Source: a virus. From it: a stretch of 64,000 nucleotides of DNA. Under the pieces are notes generated by a model. It was not told where the DNA came from, did not search any database, and saw only the letters and a program-made list of their open reading frames with translations. The position numbers and the translations under genes are program-made. This document shows positions 56,798 to 64,000 of the stretch, piece by piece. The stretch covers positions 24,897 to 88,896 of IMG/VR virus record IMGVR_UViG_3300044641_002513; one strand, 5' to 3'. Positions within the stretch are counted from its first letter, which is position 1. Each line of letters starts with the position of its first letter.

Positions 56798-59700
56798 ATG
56801 TCTTACTGTATCAATATAAATCATCCTGAATACATACAATTATTACAAAATTCTAACCTAAAACCAGCTGTATTAAAAGCTAAAATAGGTGTGTGGATGG
56901 AAGAGAATAATAGTACGGATTTTCCTACTTTAGAAGAGTTAAATGTAACTTCTGGGACTGTTAATGCTACTTTAAAAATTATTGATGCTTTAGAAAAAAT
57001 ACAGCGTAATGTATTTAGTCAAGATAAGTTACAAGGTTGGGTTAACGATTTGCAAAAACAAGGTGCTTCTAGTCAACAAATAGGGCTTTTTAAAGAAGTT
57101 GCTAAACCAGGAATGACTAAAGACCAAATAGCTACTAGTATTGCTGCTAGTTATAGTTATACTGTTGAAATTAATACTGCTATTAAAGATGTTACAAAAG
57201 AACTTAATCAAAGATTAGATTCTTCAGAAGAAGAATATAATTCTATTAAAACTAAGGAAGTTGAATCGACATCTAATCCTTCTAGTATTACTAAAACTTT
57301 TTATAAAACTTTTGGAAATAATACATACACTAAAACTATTACAACAAATCCTATAACAGGAAAAGAAGAAAAACCAAAATATTTTATTGCTTCTAAAACA
57401 GTAAACCAAACTGATTACTACTCTAACCTAACAGTTCCAGGTGGTACTAACTATACAGAAAACGAAATAGCTACTCCTGAAATTATACCTAGTATAAAAG
57501 GACATGCTCAGTTTGCTACAGATAAAGGTATTGGTTGGTTTAGAAGTGATGAACAAGCTAAAACATATTATGATTCAGAAGTAGGAGAATATTTAGTTGA
57601 AACTGAAAGTACTGGAGATTTATTTGAAGATGTTTTTGGTACTAATAAAAAAGTAATACCAACTACTACTAAAACCCGTAGAATACTAGAAGTACAATCT
57701 GATTTATTTCAGAAATGGAGAAATAATTTTGAATTTGAAGGTAATAAATATACTGCTAAAAAAGATAATAATAATGTATGGCATTATTATAAAAATGGTA
57801 GTGAAATAAATTCTAATGAATATACTAAAATTTGGGATACATTTTTAGAAACTTATTTAGATAATGCAGATGCTTTTACTAAGTTGTTACAAAAAGACAA
57901 TAACTGGGTAAACTTCTTTGTTAAATCTGTTATACAAGATAGTGCTAAGAAAGGATATGAGAAAGTGTTATTTCCTAGTGGTGATACAGCTAGTAAAGTA
58001 GAAGGTCATACTACTTTAGAAGAGTTTAAGAAACAGAAAGAAGATAGGATTAAAGAACTTGAAGAAAAAGAAGTTAATAAAGCAAAAGATATTGGAAAAA
58101 ATATAGATTTACCATTTCCTGATGCTAAAGGTATTACTTCTTATATATATACACAAAGAGAGTATGAAACTTGGAAAGAGCTTAATCGTAGGGAAATAAC
58201 TCAACTTAAACAAGAACTTGAAAGAGTAGAAGGTCCAGAAGGATTTGGTGCTTTAAAACCTATCTACAACTTCTATGAGAACACTGTAAAAAACATTCTT
58301 AATAAACAATATGGTAAAGAGAATGTAAAACAAATTACAGACGAATACGGTAATACTTGGAATGAGGTTAGTGTAGAAGTACAACCTGCTAAAGATACTA
58401 TCTTATATCAAACAGATAGAGCTAAATCTTACCAACAAAAAGCTAAGACTATTTACTTTAATGAAGTAAGAGGCAAGCAATTAAGTAATTCAGATATATC
58501 AAATATTAATGCAAAACTAAGAAAGCTATCTGATGAAATAGGAGATGTTAATTGGAATTTAAGACAAAGCAGTAATACTAATAATTACTACATAGCTGGT
58601 TACAAAAATGCTCCTGTAACAATGGACGACTACTATTCTCCGTATGCAGGAGGAATGTTTAGACAATTAACTACACAAAGTTTAGAGTCAAGAGTAGAAG
58701 AGTTAGATAAAAAGTTAATGAGTTGGGCAAGAAAGCACGGTATTTCTGTAGAAGCCTTAAAAGCAGTAATGGAGAAGTTTCCTGATAGATATGATGGAAC
58801 AGCTTTAGGTATTGCTGATTTTGCTAAGAAGTTAATTGCTGTTGCTGATGGAGCTCGTATAGACACTTTACCTGAAGAGATAGCACATTTTGCTATCGAA
58901 TTACTAATCAAAGACCCTACTGTTGTACAAGCATTAGAAGAAGTTGTTAATACACCTGAATACGCAGAAGTTAAAGAAGATTACAAAGATATTTACGAAG
59001 AGGAAATAGACTTTAGAAAAGAAGCTCTAGGTAAAATACTAGCTCAAGAGATAGTTACTAACTTTAAGAAGTCTCAAGAAAACCCTAATAACGGTTTTTG
59101 GAGTAAGATACTTGATATTGCTAACAAGTTCTTTAACTGGGTAGGTACTAACTTTTCTAAAAAATCTGCACCTAGAACTGCTATTGAGGCTGTTGTAATA
59201 CCTCTAGCTAATAGTATTTTAAATCAAGAATATTTAGGTACTCTAGATAATATAGATTTAAATATAGAAGAAGAACCACAAATACTTTACCAAACAAATC
59301 CTAATGCTCAACCTGTTACTAATAGTAATGTTGAACAAAAGAAAAAGTTCTTAGAAGGAGTAGTAGTACAATTAAATAATAGAGTAAAAAGATTTAAGAA
59401 CTCTGCTAAATCTCAAACAGAGATTGTTGCTCTAAACATAGAGATAACTAAGCTACAAAAATTAATAGCTCAATCTGAGTTTGATTTAGGTATTAGTAGT
59501 TTTGCTCAATTAGCTAGTAAAGAACTAGATGCTATTTTATCTTATTTAAATAAAGCTCTAAAGAATAAAAACCTTAATGGAGATAAATTAGCTTTAGCTC
59601 AAGAATTTGAAGAAACATATACTTCTTTATTCTTAGAATTAAAACAAAGTATGTACGAATACGAGTTTGAAGAAACTGAAATTGATGCTTTATTAGCTAT

Positions 59701-62425
59701 TATTGATAACGTAGAAAACAAACTTAAACAAGCAGAAGCGATAACGAAAGTTATGAGAAAGATGCTTGCAGAAAAAGTGATGGAGGCAGGTAATTTAAAT
59801 GCTTACGGAGAAAAGATTGACGCTGATTTTAATGCGAAGGAAGTAGCCGAAGCTACAGACGAAGATATGGGTTGGTGGAGACTATGGTTAGGTAATTACA
59901 AATTTTCTAACTCTGGTATTATTAGAACTGCTCATAAAATAATCTTCGATTCTATTGCTGTAGTAAAAAGATTTACTGTACAAACAGGTAACGAAATACT
60001 AGCAGCTCAAGAAAAGTTTATAAAAGCTGGATACAAAGTAGAAGATATTATACAAAAAGATAAAGACGGCAAACTTACACAATACTTTGTAAGAGAACAT
60101 AACTACCACAGCTATTACAATGCTATACAAGAAACAAAGAATAACATAGCTAAAGCACTAGGCAGAGACGACTATAGTTTAGTACAGGCATCTTTGTTAG
60201 AACCTGCTGATAAAGCTATTTACAATAAGTTTTGGAATGATTTTTTTAAAAACAACACAAAAACTGTTTTAGAAAAAAGAGCTGATGGCACTGATGTTGA
60301 GATGAAGATTCCTGCTGATAAGTATTTAGAAAAAGACTTTCTAAAGAAAATGGAAGACCCTAATTTTAGTGCTTACTACAACTTAATAATTGAAAAGAAA
60401 AGAGAAGCTGTTAACAAGTTACCTGTTCAATACAGAACAGAGAATTTAGTATACAGTTTACCTGCAATAAGAAAAAGTTTCTTAGAACGTATTACAAGTA
60501 AAGACCAAAGTTACTTATCTAAGATAAAAGGAATTACTAAAGAGTCTTTCTTTGTAGACGAAGATGATACTATTTTTGGAGATTTAGATTCTCTAAACAA
60601 TAAAATGGTTCCTATCCACTTTACTAGAAAGTTTGATAATATTGCTGACCAATCTTTTGATGTAGCTAGAACAGTTACTTTGTTTGCTGAAATGGCTGAG
60701 AATTACAGAGAAATGAATCGTATCTCTGGAGATTTAACAGCTGTGCAAAGTACTTTAGCTGAACGTAGATACGGAAAGAAAAAAGGTATTCAAAGTTCTG
60801 ATTACCAAGCATTAGAAACAATGCTAGACACTCACGTATTTGGTATAGAAAAGAAAAATGTAAACTTTAAAATACCTGAGAACGACTTTACTAAAAAAAT
60901 AGGAATAGATAATAAACAATTTTCTTGGACAAAGGCATCACAAAGACTAACTTCTTTTATTCGTACTAACAACTTAGCTTTCAACGTTGCTACTAGTATA
61001 TCAGGTTGGTTAAAAGGTTCAGGAGATAGTATTATAGAAGACCAAATAGGTATCTATACTACTAATGAAAGCAAGAACTGGTCTAGAATGGAGTTTATGA
61101 CTAACCTCGGTCACGTAATGGGTGAAATAGGCAAACCTAAGCAGACTAATAAAATGCATCTTATTCTTCAAGAAAATGAAATAGTCGACATCAACAGAAT
61201 GTTATTTGAAACTACTAAAAACAGAGTAACAAGAAAAACCTTAAACAGAGATATTTTCTATGTAACTTTTGCTACGGGAGATTACGGATTAAAAGGTAGA
61301 GCTACTTTAGCAGTTTACGATAACCACAGACTTTACAACAATCAGTTTATTACTAGAGCTAAGTTCTATGAAAAAACTGCAAAAGAAAAAGGTGTAACTA
61401 ATGATAAAGCTCATCAAAAAGAAGTAGGTAAAGAATGGGAAGCACTAAGAGAAAAAAGTTTATACAATGCTTACGAAGTAGTAGACGGACAACTAAAAAT
61501 TAAAACTGAGTTTGCTCCATTTATTCCTGATGCTTTAGTCAATAGTATAAAAGGTAAAGTAGAGCACTTAACTAATTACTTAGACGGTACGTTATCTCCA
61601 ACAGATAAAGGTAAATTAGCTAGAGGTATAGCAGGCGATTTCTTGTTAATGCACAGAGGTTGGTTTATTGGAATGATGGATACTAGATTCAAAAGAAATG
61701 ATATTAATATGATTTCTGAAGAAGAAGAAGTAGGTACTTATAGAGCAACAGGTGCTTTTTTAGTAGATGCTTTTAGCCAAAGTTTAATAAAAGATAAAAA
61801 TTTAAAAGGTGCTATGGTAGCTTGGAACAATCTAAGTGACCCTTACAAAAGAGGAGTAATGAAAACTGCTTTAGACTTATTATATCTAAACATAGTTGCT
61901 ATAGTAGCTGCTCTATTTAACGCAGCAGCTGACGATGATGATGATAATTTAACTTTACAATACACAGCTTATCAGTTAAACAGATTACTATTAGAACAAG
62001 GAGCTGCTTGGTCTCCAGCAGAGCTATTACAAATGATTGATGAGCCTGTAGTAGGAGCTAGATTTATTAAAGATGTAGTTGATTTAAAAGAAGCTGTGAA
62101 CTTTGGAGAAGTCTATAAATCAGGTATGTACGAAGATAAATCCCACGCTCAAAAATGGTGGTTAAAGAAACTTCCTACAAGAAACCTTTATGAATTAAGA
62201 TTTCCTGAACTTAAAAATAAGTTTATTAAAAATCTAGTAGATTCTCAATATTACGAATACCTTTCTGATGAACAAAAACATTCTATTGTATCTAAAAAAT
62301 CTTTCTTTGATTGGTTAATTCCTTTTAATGAAGGTTATAGTGAAGAGCTACAACAGAATAACGTACGTCAAGTAGTAAACTATTTAGAAGCAGACGACCA
62401 AGGCGAATACAATGAATTTAACTAA
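56798..62425 (+). CDS. giant cargo protein 3 of the virion RNAP cluster (polyvalent)
   Basis: 1875 aa; EVQSD-motif domain, degenerate zincin (EEIAH...EALGK), helical C-terminal region. Confidence 0.8.
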   Translation: MSYCININHPEYIQLLQNSNLKPAVLKAKIGVWMEENNSTDFPTLEELNVTSGTVNATLKIIDALEKIQRNVFSQDKLQGWVNDLQKQGASSQQIGLFKEVAKPGMTKDQIATSIAASYSYTVEINTAIKDVTKELNQRLDSSEEEYNSIKTKEVESTSNPSSITKTFYKTFGNNTYTKTITTNPITGKEEKPKYFIASKTVNQTDYYSNLTVPGGTNYTENEIATPEIIPSIKGHAQFATDKGIGWFRSDEQAKTYYDSEVGEYLVETESTGDLFEDVFGTNKKVIPTTTKTRRILEVQSDLFQKWRNNFEFEGNKYTAKKDNNNVWHYYKNGSEINSNEYTKIWDTFLETYLDNADAFTKLLQKDNNWVNFFVKSVIQDSAKKGYEKVLFPSGDTASKVEGHTTLEEFKKQKEDRIKELEEKEVNKAKDIGKNIDLPFPDAKGITSYIYTQREYETWKELNRREITQLKQELERVEGPEGFGALKPIYNFYENTVKNILNKQYGKENVKQITDEYGNTWNEVSVEVQPAKDTILYQTDRAKSYQQKAKTIYFNEVRGKQLSNSDISNINAKLRKLSDEIGDVNWNLRQSSNTNNYYIAGYKNAPVTMDDYYSPYAGGMFRQLTTQSLESRVEELDKKLMSWARKHGISVEALKAVMEKFPDRYDGTALGIADFAKKLIAVADGARIDTLPEEIAHFAIELLIKDPTVVQALEEVVNTPEYAEVKEDYKDIYEEEIDFRKEALGKILAQEIVTNFKKSQENPNNGFWSKILDIANKFFNWVGTNFSKKSAPRTAIEAVVIPLANSILNQEYLGTLDNIDLNIEEEPQILYQTNPNAQPVTNSNVEQKKKFLEGVVVQLNNRVKRFKNSAKSQTEIVALNIEITKLQKLIAQSEFDLGISSFAQLASKELDAILSYLNKALKNKNLNGDKLALAQEFEETYTSLFLELKQSMYEYEFEETEIDALLAIIDNVENKLKQAEAITKVMRKMLAEKVMEAGNLNAYGEKIDADFNAKEVAEATDEDMGWWRLWLGNYKFSNSGIIRTAHKIIFDSIAVVKRFTVQTGNEILAAQEKFIKAGYKVEDIIQKDKDGKLTQYFVREHNYHSYYNAIQETKNNIAKALGRDDYSLVQASLLEPADKAIYNKFWNDFFKNNTKTVLEKRADGTDVEMKIPADKYLEKDFLKKMEDPNFSAYYNLIIEKKREAVNKLPVQYRTENLVYSLPAIRKSFLERITSKDQSYLSKIKGITKESFFVDEDDTIFGDLDSLNNKMVPIHFTRKFDNIADQSFDVARTVTLFAEMAENYREMNRISGDLTAVQSTLAERRYGKKKGIQSSDYQALETMLDTHVFGIEKKNVNFKIPENDFTKKIGIDNKQFSWTKASQRLTSFIRTNNLAFNVATSISGWLKGSGDSIIEDQIGIYTTNESKNWSRMEFMTNLGHVMGEIGKPKQTNKMHLILQENEIVDINRMLFETTKNRVTRKTLNRDIFYVTFATGDYGLKGRATLAVYDNHRLYNNQFITRAKFYEKTAKEKGVTNDKAHQKEVGKEWEALREKSLYNAYEVVDGQLKIKTEFAPFIPDALVNSIKGKVEHLTNYLDGTLSPTDKGKLARGIAGDFLLMHRGWFIGMMDTRFKRNDINMISEEEEVGTYRATGAFLVDAFSQSLIKDKNLKGAMVAWNNLSDPYKRGVMKTALDLLYLNIVAIVAALFNAAADDDDDNLTLQYTAYQLNRLLLEQGAAWSPAELLQMIDEPVVGARFIKDVVDLKEAVNFGEVYKSGMYEDKSHAQKWWLKKLPTRNLYELRFPELKNKFIKNLVDSQYYEYLSDEQKHSIVSKKSFFDWLIPFNEGYSEELQQNNVRQVVNYLEADDQGEYNEFN

Positions 62426-62563
62426 TGCCGTCAAATTTTTTTCTAAGGATGACTTTTTTTTAAATTTTTTTATATATTTTTACATTACCTTATTTTTCAT
62501 ATTGTTTGTTGATTAAAACTGAAGACTGCCTTATCTCTCACTTCTTTCTTATCTCAGTTTTAA

Positions 62564-62600
62564 AAAATACCCGTAGAGCCATGCTACGGGTATTTTGTTT
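62564..62600. terminator. bidirectional intrinsic terminator between convergent blocks
   Basis: AAAATACCCGTAG / CTACGGGTATTTT perfect 13-bp inverted repeat with A and T tails. Confidence 0.85.
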
Positions 62601-62938
62601 TAATAAGCTAATGGATCTAAAATAAACTCTTCTTTTTGCAACAAAGACTCTAATTCATCTTCTTCTTCTGCGGTTAACTCACTAGCTTCTAGCGGTCTAA
62701 ACCTTGAAATACGAAATGCAGGCTCTTGTTCTCTGCCTAATAAGTATATGTAAATAATAGGATTAACTAGTTCTTCTAGTAAGATTCCTGGAACTATATC
62801 ATCATTAGGTAGTATTTCTCTAACTGTATAGACTGTATCCTTCTTAATCCAATTAGGATAAGCGTATCCTACAAAACTTAGTTTACCTGGTTTTATAGCA
62901 TCATCTATACATACAACTTTGTCTCCTACGCTAATCAT
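62600..62938 (-). CDS. hypothetical protein (SH3-like barrel)
   Basis: VGDKVVCID...YTVREI...FRISRFRPL. Confidence 0.7.
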   Translation of the reverse strand: MISVGDKVVCIDDAIKPGKLSFVGYAYPNWIKKDTVYTVREILPNDDIVPGILLEELVNPIIYIYLLGREQEPAFRISRFRPLEASELTAEEEDELESLLQKEEFILDPLAY

Positions 62939-63162
62939 ACTACTTCTTTTATTGTTTTATAACTAAATTCTGCTTTGTAAGAATAAAGTTCTTTAAATTT
63001 TTCTTCAGCCATTTTAGCATCACCTATTATTCTTTCATCAGCTTTTGTAAAAATATCATTTTTAGTTATAATAAGTACAACCCAGCCATTAAAAAAATCT
63101 TGATAATCTTTTAGTAATAAATAGTATGTACTATCGCTTTTTATACAAGGTAACTTTTTCAT
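62935..63162 (-). CDS. hypothetical protein
   Basis: 75-aa coupled ORF. Confidence 0.6.
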   Translation of the reverse strand: MKKLPCIKSDSTYYLLLKDYQDFFNGWVVLIITKNDIFTKADERIIGDAKMAEEKFKELYSYKAEFSYKTIKEVV

Positions 63163-63163
63163 A

Positions 63164-63607
63164 CTATTTAAAATTAGGTTTTCTAAATCTAATACTTTTT
63201 AATACTTTATTATCAAATTTTCTATAAGTGATGTAGTAACTACCTACTAGTTTCTGATAAGTTTCTATACCTAAAGTAGTATAATAAGCTTGAGTAGCAC
63301 TAGCATCTTCTTCTGTATCATCTGCTTTAGACATATTACTATTGTATATTTCTTTAATAGTGCTGTGTGGGTCTATTCCAAACTCCATCATTGCTCTAAC
63401 AGTAACCCATAGTAAATCTCCTAGTCCATCTTTAATCTCTACACTATCTTTTTTAGCAATAGCTTCAATAGTTTCGTATAGCTCTTCTTGGATTAAGTTT
63501 ATTGCTAAGCTTGCTCTGTCTTCTGGTGGGTAAGATTCTTCTTTTAGAACAGGCAGCCCAAAGACTGTACTCCAATGTTCTATGTAATCTATAATTTTGT
63601 TTTCCAT
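63164..63607 (-). CDS. MazG-like all-alpha NTP pyrophosphohydrolase (DR2231/PRA-PH type)
   Basis: LIQEELYE, EIKDGLGDLLWV, SNMSK and KVLKS motifs. Confidence 0.85.
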   Translation of the reverse strand: MENKIIDYIEHWSTVFGLPVLKEESYPPEDRASLAINLIQEELYETIEAIAKKDSVEIKDGLGDLLWVTVRAMMEFGIDPHSTIKEIYNSNMSKADDTEEDASATQAYYTTLGIETYQKLVGSYYITYRKFDNKVLKSIRFRKPNFK

Positions 63608-63611
63608 ATTT

Positions 63612-63989
63612 TTATTTTCTTAAATAAATTAAATTACTTTTTCTAAGGATTCTTCCTTTCTCATATTCTTCATAAAACCTTACCTCATAAGGAGTTAATT
63701 CTTCCCATTTATACTGAGGATATAATTCGTTCCAAATGTTTTCTTTTTTCTTTGTAGGTATATTAAACCGATTAATAGGTTTATTAGATGCAAAAGCTGT
63801 TCCCTTACCTTTAATTAATATTAAAGCGTATCTTCTCATACTACTACTACCTAATTTCCATTTTTTACCAATTTCAGGTAGAGGAACACCTTTTCTAAAA
63901 TCTTCATAAATCAACTGTTTGTCTTCTTCTGTAAAAGGTAAACAACTAATAGGTATTAATCTACCGTCGTATTTTATTTTATCTTCCAA
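63612..63989 (-). CDS. putative HTH protein
   Basis: FTEEDKQLIYEDFRKGVPLPEIGKKWKLGSSSMRRY is HTH-like; TTG start. Confidence 0.55.
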   Translation of the reverse strand: MEDKIKYDGRLIPISCLPFTEEDKQLIYEDFRKGVPLPEIGKKWKLGSSSMRRYALILIKGKGTAFASNKPINRFNIPTKKKENIWNELYPQYKWEELTPYEVRFYEEYEKGRILRKSNLIYLRK

Positions 63990-64000
63990 CTACTTTTTTT

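Larger units (their letters stand above)
1..64000. mobile_element. crAss-like (Crassvirales-type) bacteriophage genome segment
   Basis: Gene order TerL-portal-scaffold-MCP-ring/auxiliary capsid-IHF-tail tubular-tail stabilization-giant cargo proteins, plus a single-chain virion RNAP with the DFDIDK motif. No host housekeeping genes. Confidence 0.95.

Noticed and set aside
3921-58911. Numerous minus-strand ORFs within the structural block (e.g. 6742-7284, 17248-17655, 36070-36447), plus the plus-strand ORFs 1982-2224 and 63342-63533
   Set aside because: They are antisense shadows of real genes, Ser/Leu/Phe-rich, with no recognisable motifs.
5645-62425. Stop-codon reassignment as in some gut crAss-like phages
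   Set aside because: ORFs are long and intact in the standard code; TAG ends TerL and portal, TGA ends MCP; no suppressor tRNA seen.
62480-62500. Six-codon minus-strand minigene MKNKVM with an A-rich leader
   Set aside because: Too short to support and located past the bidirectional terminator.

Overview
A 64-kb segment of an AT-rich crAss-like (Crassvirales-type, phi14:2-like) podophage read in the standard genetic code. The host is very probably a Bacteroidota species, judged from TAnnTTTG promoters and A-rich initiation regions without Shine-Dalgarno sequences. 1-2235: small minus-strand, probably early, genes separated by structured non-coding stretches, including a twister-type self-cleaving ribozyme candidate (about 1503-1666) and several unnamed RNA folds. 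2236-3017: divergent non-coding junction with a GC-rich hairpin, four repeats at about 40-bp spacing and a probable plus-strand ncRNA. 3018-62425: plus-strand late/virion block with HTH and HU/IHF genes, TerL, portal, putative scaffold, MCP, ring/auxiliary capsid/tail proteins, a lysis cassette, tail tubular and stabilization proteins, then ejected-cargo genes. The cargo genes include a mosaic protein (OMP-like barrel, ADP-ribosyltransferase, GH73), a second GH73, a ferritin, and a 3677-aa virion RNA polymerase (DFDIDK) carrying PP2C, zincin and NADAR-like domains. 62600-64000: convergent minus-strand genes, including a MazG-like NTP pyrophosphatase. Best leads: (i) the ribozyme/structured-RNA array in the early region; (ii) a terminator loop exactly antisense to a motif shared by two structural-gene start regions; (iii) about 20 xxxGG motifs at domain borders in cargo proteins; (iv) matched terminal cysteines in the three giant cargo proteins; (v) effector cassettes fused into the virion RNAP. 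All calls come from reading motifs by eye; no database search or folding software was run.
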